From Cycas panzhihuaensis (Eukaryota > Plantae > Cycadophyta): a stretch of DNA of 64,000 nt. Positions 39,550 through 52,824 of this stretch are shown one piece after another. The notes beneath the pieces are model-generated. The model saw only the letters and a list, made by a program, of their open reading frames with translations, did not search any database and was not told where the DNA came from. The translations under genes were made by a program, and so were the position numbers. Position 1 is the stretch's first letter, and every line of letters starts with the position of its first letter. The stretch spans positions 39,687,741-39,751,740 of the forward strand of contig CM041465.1 in the NCBI GenBank assembly GCA_023213395.1, in the 5' to 3' direction.

Positions 39550-41376
39550 TTTTTATACCTAACAACCATATGGCTTAAGTCGACTTTTGTTGACTACTTT
39601 AGCCATAAGGGTACCATAGAGCTATCTAAGTTGAATAGCTCTATTCTACGAAATCCAATCTACTTTATATGGACCCAACCATCTTAACTTCATTTTGCTT
39701 GGCTTGATATGAAACTTACTATCATATAGTCAAACTAGGTTACTAAGATGGAATTGGGGTATTTTCATGTGTCTGTTATGATAGGCTTTTCTTGGTTTCT
39801 TTTCAACCTTGATTTTCCATAATGCTCATGCTCATCGCTCGTCTAACTTCATTAGTTTTATGAACCTCTAGTCCTTAGATTATACTTCATTCATCTGCAA
39901 TTGAACTACCACTCTCAAACTTTCTACTTGAAATTCCAAGGGAACCACAACTTCCAAGCCATAAACATGTTGAAATGGTTTGTGCTTACGAGGCCTTTTT
40001 AATGTTATTCTATTAGCATATAAAACTGTATATAATCTTTTATCCCGATCCATTCTATCCTCATTATAAATTTTTGTTAAGGCAAGCTTTAAAATATTAT
40101 TTATACTCTCAAGGGAGTTACCCATTTTCCCTTGGGTAGTACAATAAAGATCTTTTACATCGAATTAGGAATTTCATTGTCAAATGCATGGTCATTTGAT
40201 TCAAAATCTACTACCCTGATCTAACACAATCTTGAGTAAACATCCAAACTAAATGATTATCATTTCATAAAGAAATCTTACTATGTTGTGAGTCACAGGT
40301 CTTCATTAGATTTATTTTTGTTTATTTTGTTAGAAAATCTATTGTAATGAGGATGTACTTGGCATTTGTTTATTTTTCTAGTGGGCTAATTGGTCGCATA
40401 AAATCCAAACCTCACTTTTCAAACTAAGCTTGTGCTAAAATTAGATGCGATGGCATGAAGTGTTGTTTATTTAGTTTACCCACTCTCTAGAGAACATTGC
40501 AAACCTTGACCCACTTATCAACATCTATGAATAAAGTGGGCCACTATTACCCTACCAATAAAATTTCTTTAGTAGTGTTCTCCATTTCTTAATGACTATT
40601 TTTGATTCCTTCATAGGTCTCCCCATATTATGACTTCAACCTCATGTTCTAAAATGCATCGCTACAAAACTCCATCAGGTCCCAACTATACATCATTCCC
40701 TAAATCAATTGGAATGAATTTTTTTTTTTTATGAAACTCCATTGCTCAGCTCTATCTAATCCAATTGGCATCTACCCTAAAGACAAGTATTGTGTTATTC
40801 CCTTATACCATGTTGGCACCACTTCAATAGAGAATAGTTTTATATCTGGGAAATCATTGTATACACCTATGGTTAGTTCTCCATTAATATTTTGAGATAG
40901 TTGATCAAGGATTATATGCTTCTCCCCTTTCTTGATAATGATCCTAAACTTAAATTCTTAGAACAACATGAGCCCTCTAGTAATCCTCCCCTATAAAATT
41001 GGTTTATTAATCAAATGTTGAAGAGCCTAGTGATCTACAAAAGGCATGAATGGATTTACTAATAAATAATGTATAAATTTCTACAAGCCATACACTATGT
41101 TCAAGCCTTCTCTTTAGTCATTGAATAATTCTACTATGCTTGTGTTAGATTTTGACTAGTAAAGTATATGGAAAAATCCACATTGTTGTCTCAAGGTTGG
41201 GCTACCACACATCTAATTACAAACATAGAGGTATATACATATATATAAAATGGTTTATCCCCATCTTGAAGTTCAAAATCTGGAGCTTGTGCTAATTTCG
41301 TTTTAAGCAGATTGGATGCTAACTATTGCTTTAATGTCTATTGACAAGGTATTTTCTTTTTCAATAATAGCTAGAG
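39550..41376 (-). pseudogene. H RT end, RNase H and integrase
   Basis: KLAQAPDF.., IYFTSQNL, PFVDH*AL, WPTLFIDVDKWVKVC, GLDFMRPI, RWLGPYKV (GPY motif). Confidence 0.9.
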
Positions 41377-42800
41377 GATTTTGTAAGGTATTAAAGATTA
41401 ATTCTAATAATAATAAAGATCTAACTTAATAGGATTTATTATCAAATTAACATAAAATTTGCATTCACATTAATGAAAATTTTAAAAGTGAAGTTATCTT
41501 TCATTAATTTTAATAATACATTATACATGCATAAATGTAATTCTAAAATGAATTTAATTTCTAACTAAATGGCACATGTGATATAAGAGCTAACCCCCAA
41601 TGAATCATCATTCGCATATCAATAAAATAATCTTAAAGTATAATATGCTACAAAATTTTAAGGGGAGGCTCATAATCTAAGTTATGAGCCATAAATAAAC
41701 ATTAATATCAACACTTCCCCTTAATGTTTGTTTCATTTTTCTCAACACCTAATCTATTCTGAAAAGTTTAGAATCTTTTATGTGCCAATTATTCTTTTAT
41801 TGACCTATACACCATCTCTATCATACATTTCTAAATCAATTCTCAAATAAAATGATGGTACACCTTAATATGTTTGGTATGAGCATAGTGCAAAAGAGTT
41901 TTTACAATCATCAAAGTACTCTGATTGTCATAGTACAAAATAGTTAGTTCTAATTATAATAATCTTATGTACTCCAAAATCTATTGTAACAAAATGGCTT
42001 CAGTAGTTATTGCAACTGTAGTCTTGTACTCTGCTTTAATTGAGAATAAGCAACATTTGATTACTTTTTACTATTTCATATGAAGGTAGTCAATTCTCAA
42101 ACTAAAATAATATCCAAAAGTTGACCTCTTATTATTTGCATATTTAGTTCAATTAGAATTTATAAATTCTATTAACTTAAAGTTATCATTATGATAGAAT
42201 TTGAGTCTATATTGAATTACCCATTTCAAGTGTTTGAGGATTCCTTTTGTAGCTTTCTAGTGACTCTATTTTGGCACTATTATAAATTTTGACACTATTC
42301 CAACTATGAAAAATATATTAGGTCTTCTAGTAATTAGGTATATTAGAGTTCCCACTAGTTATTTGTATAGCATTGAATAAATATATGCTTCACCATTTTT
42401 CATTATTAATTTAGAACCTATCTCCATGGAGGTAGGTACAGGTTTATGATCATCCATTTTGAATTTCTTTAAAATTCCCTAGATGTATTTTATTTGCGAG
42501 ATGGAGGCATATTTAAGGCTTTGTCATATTTTCTCACCAAGGTAGTAGTGTAAAATTTCAAGATCTATCATCTCAAAGAAATGATTAAGATCTACTTTTA
42601 AGTTTTATATCATTACCTATGATTAGTAAATCATCAATATACAACACCATAAATATGATATTATGATTTTCTTCTTTGATGTAAATATTTGAGTCAGTTG
42701 GAGATTACTTGAATCCATTCTTTAGAAAGTACTAATCAATTTTTTCATACCAAGCTCTAAGAGCTTGTTTTAGGCCATACAAGGTTTTTTGAGTTGGGAT

Positions 42801-45800
42801 TGTTAGAATATAATATTTAATGTTGTGTGAGTCTTAGGGTGAATAGTCTCAAGTATTAGAGGGTAAGAGTCATTTGTCATTATAACGTTGTTGGTAAAAT
42901 TAGTAGTGTAATGTCATTAGTTAGAGTAAAGATAATAGTCCCACATGCATTAGATCTATAGCGTGATCTCCCACCCACTTAGTATATAAAAGTGGTTGTG
43001 GTGGTATATGAAACACAAGTGATCATGGAGACTCATATAGAGTCCATGGTATGGTTGCTGTTCTGATATAATCTGTTAAGTAAATTCATTGTGGTTCTTG
43101 TCCATTGATATTGTTTGGTGTTGGTTGATGAAAGCTTTCCATGTTATTCTCTACATGGTATCAGAGTAAGCTTCCATATCTATGTGAGAGTAGGCTAAGA
43201 CAGTTGTGTTGCAGGGTCACAAGGAAAAAGGTTGTGGATTGCTTGTGAAGCCCATTGTTGTGTAGATTCACTAGTCTATTAATGCATATGGAAGAGCCTC
43301 TGTAGAGTCCATTGCCAGTGTGTGATTTTGTTTGAAGAGGATGAGAGCCCTAAAGTGCTAAAGTATTGATGCATGATAAAATTTTCTAGGTAACATTGTT
43401 CCCTTGCTTTGTAATGGAAATTTTATGTCATGAACTTGTGACTAGTGTGAACTTGTGAAGTAAAAATTAGTGATATATGAAATTGTTGACTGGATGGTGA
43501 TAGCAAAAGGCTTATACTTGTGGTTGTATTGAAATCTGTTATGAAAATAGTTAAGAAAATTTTGATGGTAGAATCTAAGCATATCCTAGCTATGATGACT
43601 ATGATTGATGTCTATCAAATATCAATTCTGGCATAAGATCTGCATGCAAAAATCAGCCACAACCTCATCACAATAAAGAAAATATTTAGAAAGAAAATAA
43701 AAATTGACAAAGGATTGATCGTCATTCACTCATAATGTTATCTTCAAATTTTTTTGCATACCAAAAGCTAGGATCTTATTTTTCTCTTGGGTAACTTCAC
43801 ATTCCTATACATTCAATTTCTTATCATGGTTCAAAGTGGTAGAATAGTTACACAACATGCTACTGGCAATGGCCTCAACAATTTCAGTTGATCCAATCCC
43901 TGGTTTAGTCTCTGTTGTTTCACCTCACTAGCTTAGGAGATCTTGCAAATACAGAACTGCTTGCTCACACCTTTGAAACTCTAATAGAAGTTGCAGTAGA
44001 GGAGGAAACAAAACAAGCATCTTCCTCATCATGATTTAACTCCTCCTATTGAAAAGGCTTCAACTCCTCTATGCTGGCTTCAGTTCGCCATGATTTTCTA
44101 GTGTCTTTTCTCTGAGCTTGTTTTGTGGTACTATCATTGAATACATTTGAAGTCTGAGCAATGATGACTGTTCTCCGTTCTTCTGTATGAAAGGCTTTTG
44201 TAGTTCCTGTTGTCAGCTAGGGAAGACAGAAACTATATATCAGGTCTTGAATCAATTGGTTGAAGGACATGCAACTACCTATTGGCATCTTCGAAACTGC
44301 TCTATTTGCATCTTCAAAATAGGAGTCTAGTGGCAGGGAGGTATTCTAGAATCTAGCATTGGTTAAGGTAGCATCTGTAGACTCCTATTTTGCATCTTGA
44401 GACGGAGAAGCCATAGAAGAAATATTAACAATACAACTGATGATGTACTTCTACCCATTACAACAAAAGAATCACAGCTCAACACACTCATCCAGATGTC
44501 GGATTTGAAACTTAGGACATCTTGATTCATTCCTCTAGAACTTTGCCTTACCTTTCTACTATTTATCTATTTCAAGTAACCTATTAACCTTACAGTCAAG
44601 CTATAGGTACAGAATTGAGACTTATCAGTGGGCAAGCAAAGATGAAATTGGGTAGTCATTGATGACAGGGTGACTGCTGGGTTGATAGTCAGACTCCCTC
44701 CATGCACTATAGAGGGAACACTACTTGAGAAGCTAGTTCCAACCTCAACATCTCCTTGATCTCTGGATGAACATATAGTATTTGCCTCCAATGGATTAAG
44801 TAGTAGGAATTCTGGTTGCCAGAGAAGTAGACTACAACCTGTAAGTATCTTAAGGCTGTACAGTTCATACACTTGATCCATCTGAGGCTTCTGAAGAGAG
44901 GAGTAAAACTCTGTTGTACTCAGCCCTAGAAAGCATAAATTCAACCATTGTTACCACCGTCAACGTTTGAGTATAGCAACCTGCACCCTGTTCCAGTGAA
45001 ATCTGAGTCTATAGATGGGAGGTATTCTAGAATCTAGCATTGGTTAAGGTAGCATCTGTAGCCTTTTAGACCTCTAGCCATGTAGTTTCCAAGTTTATGA
45101 GAATTCTGTTCAATGCACTGACTCAGAAACGGCCGTGTTCTGTGGTCTTTTGAAGTCCAAAGTGAAATCTCCTGCATTTCTTGACAAGCTTGGGAGTATT
45201 CATGTTTCTATTTTATAAGGTATTGTTGAGAGACGAGTAGATGAAGGCAGGATTATCTGAGTGTTGTTTAAAGATTGTTGGTTGAAGAGTGTTGCTTGTT
45301 TATTTACTATGAAGTCTGTTGTTTACTTGTTCACTACTAACTGAGCACAGTATCGCTGAGTCTGCAAATGGACAGTAGTAACAACCTCCGTTTTCGATGA
45401 TTAACTCCTTTCTATGGGTTTGCTAAAAGCAATGATCATATTCTGATTAATATGTCTATTTTTATTCTGTGCATAAGAATTATGAAAATTAGTGCTGGGG
45501 CAAAATAGTGTGGATTGCTTTCAAGTATTTATTTTTAAAATAATTAGCAACATTGGGATCACAAAGTATTTGTTGTTGATCTACTTCTGGTCTGGGCAAA
45601 GTAGTTGCACTTAAGTCAGTCTTTTCCTAATGAAGCTAAGTAACTTTATCACTTTTGTGCCTGAAAGAAATGAATACTGGCTATCAGATCTCCCCTTTCT
45701 TTTACCCAAATATATTGGAACTAATTTTCATTTTTGGAAAATTAAGATGGAAAGCCTATTTGTATTGAAGAAACTTTGGAAAATAGTCATGGGTATTGAA

Positions 45801-47465
45801 ATGGCTCACGAAGAAGGGGAGGAAATTTTTAAAAGAAAAAATAGAATTATTATTGACGTAATACTTGTAGCCCTTGATAAGGATAACCTTCCTTCTTCTT
45901 ATCACTTCATGATCTAGGTTTTGCAAAATACCAACTCAGCTGAGGACACCTGGAAATTGCTGACAAAAGTGTATGAAAAAGGACTTGAAGAAGTGCAGCA
46001 GAGTATCAAAAGGGAAAAGAATTAAAGGAAGAAGTTTAAAAGGAAAGGTAAAAGACAAACTGATTCTGGTAAGGTCAATCCACCTAAAGATTTAACAAAT
46101 GAAAAGTTAAAATTTAATGAAGACAATGAAGATGTGAATCTGTCAAATAACATGAGCCTCACTAAGATTGCAGGAAAGCCCACATCTGGGAATCATAGTA
46201 GAGTGGAATTTGAAGAACTTGAGCCTCAATTTTTGCAGGTAATACCTAATGAAGGCACAAGTCACTTAACAAAAAGCATGGGCAATATCATCCTGGTTTG
46301 TACTAATAGATATGTAGCCATGATTCAAATAATGATAGGATACACATTAATATGCACTTATTGGAGACTATGCATTATTGTACTCAATTCAACCACATCT
46401 ACTGTGTTTATCTTTGAGAGAATTTAAATTATGGCAATATATCCTACAAGGATATTAGAAAGAAGGAACATGAGAAGAACATCTTATAATAAAAATCTTG
46501 TGCATCAAGATTATTACATGTTTTTGGTAGGGGACTTAGTCTTGAAGCTCAACCATATCAAGGTAATATTTCATATTTGTGTAGCAATAATGGGGAAATA
46601 TGTGCATATGACCATAATAAAGACTCTCATCACTTTTAGCACTACAAATTTCCTGGATAACATAAAAGGAATAGAATATCCTGTTCAAGGAAAATTTGGA
46701 AATGAATCATTATTTCTTATTTCATTTTAAGGAGGTGACCAATGGATTGAGAAATTAATTAGCTCAGTAGGTTTGGAAATAGATAAAGATAAGTCAATCT
46801 ATTTTATACTTATTCCAGGATGACCACACCTTCACTAGGAGTACACAGGAAGATCCATCAAACAGGAATCGGGAGGCAATATAGTAAATAAAGCATACAT
46901 GTTTTGCAGTATATTAGATGATGATAAAGTTCAAGATATCATCTTTAGAAAAATTTTAAAGCTCTAGAGATGGAAGTTTAAATAACTTTTTAGAGTCAAG
47001 TTCTATGTCAATTTTATCATGTTGTCTTTAGTTTCATGTTAAGTCCTATGTTAATATGTGTCAGTCATGTCAAATTGTCCTTAGTTCAAACATTAAACAT
47101 TAAGGGGAGGTGTTAGAATATAATATTTAATGTTGTGTGAGTCTTAGGATTAATAGTCTCAAGTATTAGAGGGTAAGTGTCATTTGTGATTATAACGTTG
47201 TTGGTTAAATTAGTAGTGTAATGTCATTAGTTAGAGTAAAGATAATAGTCCCACATGCATTAGATCTATAGTGTGATCTCCCACCCACTTAGTATATAAA
47301 AGTGGTTGTGGTGGTATATGAAACACAAGTGATCATGGAGACTCATATAGAGTCCATGGTATGGTTGATGTTTTGATATAATCTATTAAGTAAATTCATT
47401 ATGGTTCTTGTCCATTGATATTGTTTGGTGTTGGTTGATGAAAGCTTTCCATGTTATTCTCTACA
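42801..47465 (+). mobile_element. Complete gag-only LTR element L (TR-GAG-like), the youngest insertion
   Basis: 355-bp LTRs 42801-43155 and 47111-47465 with about 10 mismatches by eye. PBS TGGTATCAGAG at 43156. PPT TAAGGGGAGG at 47101-47110. Perfect TSD GGGAT. No pol. Confidence 0.96.
45630..46300 (+). pseudogene. Copia-type gag N-terminal remnant (element L)
   Basis: LPKYIGTNFHFWKIKMESLFVLKKLWKIV..DVILVALDKDNLPSSYHFMI*VLQNTNSAEDTWKLL. Confidence 0.85.
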
Positions 47466-50400
47466 GGGATATGAAGTACTTTTGATCTTTCTTAACAAGG
47501 CTAGGTGATTACTCCATGTAAATTTCTTTATTTAAATCCCCTTTTAAAAATGCACTCTTGACATCCATCTAGTGTAGTTGTCAATTGAATTATGTAGCTA
47601 TTTTCATAATGAGTTGAATGGTATTCATCTTTATAACAAGAGCAGAGGTTTCTTAATAATTGATCCCTTCTCACTACTTAAAGCCTTTTACTACAAGTTA
47701 AGTTTTGTATTTGCCTATAGATCCATCTAATTTGAAGTTTTTCTTATAGATCCATTTGTATCCAATTATATGCTTGCCAGTTGGTAGTTTGATTAAATCC
47801 CATATGTGGTTCTTCTTGATAGCTTGGATTTTAGATTCCATAACATCATTACACTTTTGCTCTTTAATTGCTTCTTCAATTATCGATGGTTTATTTAAAT
47901 TCAATACACATAGTATAAGAGTTATGTTCTCTTATTTAATAGGTCACATTTTTATTTTCACTTTACTTTAGAATTAAGTAACAATTTTTCAGTGTCTTTC
48001 CATAGTTTTTATATACCATTTTAGAAGCTTTTTCTTCAAAGAAGAAGCTGATGAATTAAATAACTTTTTTGGCTTTGCCTTTAGTTCTATTTTTGACATC
48101 TACTTAGATTCATCTTTTAAAAATTGAAAAGATTTTAATTTTGTTTATTTACATATGTCAAATAGCTCATATTTAGGTTGAATAATATCACATGAAGTAC
48201 TGTATTTAGGCAGTTTCTCAACCTGATCCTCAACTTCAACTGAACCAATATCTTGAGTTTTATCTTCCTAAAACATAATATCATGAGTTGTATGAACTTT
48301 TTGAGTCGATAACTTGTATACCCTGCATACTTTACTTTCCTCAGAGTATCGAACAAGGATGCACTTCATTCTTTTTCCATCTAATTTTTATCATTTCTAT
48401 TTTAGAATATGCATGTATGTATTACATCCAAAGATTCTTAGATGGATTACAATTAGTTTCTTATCTAACCAAGATTTCTCATGGGTCATATTCCTCACAA
48501 CCCTTGGAGTGATTTTGCTTATCAGATATGCTACTATGTTCATGGCTTCTGCCTATAAGAAATTAGTAACATCCTTACCTTTCATTATTGCTTTGGCTTT
48601 TTCAACCAAGGTTCTATTTATATATTCAGCAACTCCATTTTGATGAGGTGTATAAGTAGTAGCAAACTACCTCTAAATTCCATGATCTTTGTAGAACTGG
48701 GTGAATTCATTTAAAGTATACTCTTCACCATTGTCAGTTCATAGGACCTTGATCTTTTTTCCACTTTTATTTTCTATCAACTCCTTAAACTATTTGAAGT
48801 AAGTGAAGACTTGTAATTTTTTTCTTAATAGAAAAACTCATATTTTTCTTAGAAAGTCATTGATAAAAGTGATGAAATATCTCACTCCACTTAGTGAGAT
48901 GACAAGCATTGGCCCACAAATATTAGAGTGAACCAATCCTAATTTTTCTTTCACTCTTTACACTTTCCTTCAAAAATTATTCTTTATGTTGTTTTCCAAA
49001 AATACAAGGTTCACATAAATAACTTTCATTGTTAATTAAAGGTAGACCATCTACCATTTTTAATTTATACATCAATTGGAGATTGGAGTAGCTCAAATGA
49101 CCCATTCTTTCATGCCATCATTTTTGTTTAGGGGATACAATAAGGAATGCTATCTATACATAAGAGTATCTTTGTAATTTGTACATAGTATTTTCACTAA
49201 GTCTTATGGATACAACTTTGTTTTATCTATCTTAAATTATGTATTATCCTTAAGTAAATGTTATAGTCATATCTTGTTGTTCAATTTCACCAACCAAAAT
49301 AAGATTTGCCTTAAGATTTAGTACATACAAGATATTGTCTAAATGTCATTTATCACCATTCAATAAAATAGATTATATTTTTTCAATTTCAATTACCTCT
49401 ACCTTGGTGTCATCCCTAATGGTAATTTTTTGATTCACCTATCACATTTATTGAACCATTTTAATCTTCCATTCATATGTTTTGGTGTACCTAAATCAAT
49501 GAACCATATATTTAGTACAACATAACCTATTTTGTACATAGCAACAAACAACTATATTGTGATTGTGTTAGATGGGTCTTCAATTAAGTCCATCACATAA
49601 CCATGTTGTGCAGTTGGTTACTTCTTGATGTGACCTAACTTTCTATAATGATAACATTTAAGCCAACATTATCCCTCTGATACTCCTAGCTTTTCCTTTT
49701 AAACTATAATCTTAAAAGGTGCATTCTTTTTTGGAATATAAGCATGCTTATCTTTAGATTTTGATGACAGTTCTCTAGAAGCTTCATTATGCATGTGCTT
49801 CAATTTTTTCTCATATTTTATAAGTAGGGATTCCAAAGAATCAATTGTCTGAGTGGATAATTTGTTAGATAGAGTCAATGTGGTTATAAAGTTTTCATAT
49901 TAAAGTGGTAGACTCCTTAGCATACAGACTATAAATTTTGAATTAGGAATGAGCTCCCTAATTATTAACAAGTGATTTTGAAGTGATATGATATCTCTCA
50001 TGAGATCTATTATATTCTAAGTCATCTTTAGTGTATACAAGTAACTTTATAGGTTGAAGGCCCTTATGCCATCCTTGTGTTCAAACAGGTTCATGATCAT
50101 GTCCCATATTTGGTGTAGTAGCATCGTTGATGTTCAAATGATGCTACTACTAATAGACAAGCTAAGAAATTCCAATGTTATCTATATCTTCAATTAATAC
50201 TCACCATTGAAATTAGTATTAATATTCAATTCATGTTAGAACTCGTAGCATCTTTACCCATTATAGAATTATCTAGATATTTTTAGAGATCATTCATATA
50301 AAAGAAACTAAACATTTGATGTTTTTGAATTATGTAGTTTTTAGGACTTTTGAATTTATCTATAACAGTTCTTATTATGCTTCCTCTAAAAGCCAGTTTA

Positions 50401-52824
50401 AAAAATAAATTAATAAATAATAGTTAGAAGATAACTAAACAAGCACATAAATAACATAAGAAAGTTTTAAAAGTTGTTAATCTACATATAGTTAGCTAGT
50501 ATGATTGATTTTATTACCTCAGTTTACTTATAAGTAGTCATAATAAGCCAAACACATTAAAAAAAAAAAAATCACCAAGATTTTGTATTGAATTGTTATA
50601 TATGACCAATTCCAAATTGTAGATCTCAAAAAATCATGTGTCATGGTATATTTATTTTCTAAAAATTGACTTTGGATCATCTAGTAATGGCTCTGGCTCT
50701 TAAAATACCATGTGATCAAGAGTTGGCAAGCATGGGGCTTCACATGACTTCAAAACAATACTAAATCCAATTTAATGTGCCTTAAACTTTAGAAAACATA
50801 AAATGTTCTTTTAATTTAAAGTTTAATTAGAAATATTTCCTATAGAATATTTGATAAAATAGTGTGAGTGATGTTGGTATGTTCTATAAAAATTGGTTTT
50901 TCTAATAAACATATTAGTTTTCTCCAAAAATAACTCTACCATAACACTGTTAGGTTGATAAGGATCATAAGGATAGGTCAGTGTTAGGTGTTTTGTCACA
51001 CCTGTGATGATTGGGCATGAAAAATTTCTCATCTCCTTCTTACATCCTCATTTGGCCTCTTGTGAATAATATTTCTCCTCTTAGAGTATTTTTTCACCTA
51101 TTTTGGGCCAAAACCACTTGCATGAACCTCATTTACCCTACAATTTATTTGTATTCATAATATGTCAATCTCCTCTACATTGACCATTGTTTGAGCAATT
51201 TTTTTTACCATTTGAGTTCTACTTTTTAATAGTTTAGCCTTGTTTTCCTCCCTTTGCTTTTACTATTCATATTTCACTCTGTGTGTGGGGCTCATAGATA
51301 GATTTGGAGTTGTAATATGATTCATGCGGACCTCAATATGAGTTTCTTCCTCTGTTCATCTCTATTTTGGCATTTAGTCTTCCACAACTTGTAGGCTTTA
51401 ACTATTCAAAATTTCACTTTCTACAGGTCCCATTAGGTGTCTATAATCTTGTGAAGATGGGTGACTACCTCAGTGCATGATTTGGAGTTTGTTCAATAGA
51501 TATTTGGCTCATTATCTTTGTTGTAGGTCATAGAACTTAAAAAAAAAGAAAAAAAAAAAAAATCTTTTAGTATAGTTTAAGACTACACTTTATATCACTT
51601 AAATATTCATATTTTAATAATATTTTTCATCATTTATAGTTTATGAATCATGTCATTAAATATATTTTTCAGTTTTATCATTTGATCATTTAAGTTTTCG
51701 ATGCACATTCCTTAGTTTCTAAGTTAAATCTTCAATAAAGATTTATTTTGATGCCCTATCAGTTTAGTCTAGTTTATTAATCTTTAATGGAAGTTTATTT
51801 TTCATAATTCTTTATTAGTAGTTTTCATTAATAATGGTTTAATTTTGAATGTTTGTTTGCAACAACTCAATATCTAATTTAATAGAGACATGTGAGGTGT
51901 TTGTCTACCTGTAAAGCTAGTTGCATGTGAGTTTCATTGTATGCATGTCACTGCCCCAATAGTAGGTGCATTACCACTTATCTACATGTCACTGATCTAG
52001 CTTGCATGTCACTGTTTGAGCCTTGCATGTTACTTTTAAGAAAATAGTGTAAAATCTACTCAACAAACTAAGTGAAATTTGAGATAAAAAACACTTAATC
52101 TATTCTACATGTAAGTGATTTATAAATGTATACAAGATAGTAAAAAATTATATCATGCAATAAACATTATAAAGTTCATAGTGTAAAATAAAAAAAGTAA
52201 TAAATCATACTCAGAGGTATGAATAGGTATCTATAACCTATGATTAATTATATGATTAAATTTTATCAAACAAGCATTTGGAGCTTGCTAATGGATACTC
52301 CCCTTTGAAGAAAATACTAGTTATGTATGCTTAATAATATATAGACAATTGTGTTTGAAAATAACTATTATAGGGTAGCGCCTCATGAACACCTACGACT
52401 CGCTTTATTAAACATTCTATAAAATATGGTAAAATTTTGAATTATTCAACTTCTTAGAACAACAATACAATATGTTATAACATTAAAATCTAGCTCTGAT
52501 ACCATGTAAGTTATTAAAGATTAATTCTAATAAGAATAAAGATCTGATTTAATAAGATTAATTATCAAATTAACATAAAAATTACATTCACAATAATTAT
52601 AAATTTCAAAGTGAAGTCATCTCTTATTAATTTTAATAATACATTATATGTGTATAAATACAATTCTAAAAAGAATATAATTCTTAATTAAATGATGCAT
52701 GTGATAAGAGAGTTGTTATTTCTAATAACTTATCAATCACATATTAATAAATAAATCCTAAAGTCTAATAATGTTATAGAATTTTAGGGGGAGTCTCATA
52801 ACCTAAGTTATGAGCTATAGATTT

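Larger units (their letters stand above)
41750..50390 (-). pseudogene. K gag-pol fragments (interrupted by L at 42801-47465)
   Basis: RH HTKHIKV; RT LYIDDL (~42630) and ORF 47698-47904; IN YTPHQNGVAE (~48630-48655); PR IWFIDLGTPKHM (~49475-49510); knuckle KCYHYRKLGH (~49640). Confidence 0.9.
41382..52819 (-). mobile_element. Decayed Copia element K nested in the H RT (contains L)
   Basis: LTRs from 41382 and at 52505-52819. PBS complement GCTCTGATACCA at 52493-52504. PPT complement at 41714-41722. Perfect TSD GATTT at 41377-41381 and 52820-52824. Confidence 0.93.

Noticed and set aside
44160-44250. C/D box snoRNA (ATGATGA motif)
   Set aside because: No suitably placed CTGA D box with a terminal stem.
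44567-44944. 125-aa ORF as a host gene
   Set aside because: Non-ATG start, no recognisable domain, and inside element L; kept only as a cargo candidate.
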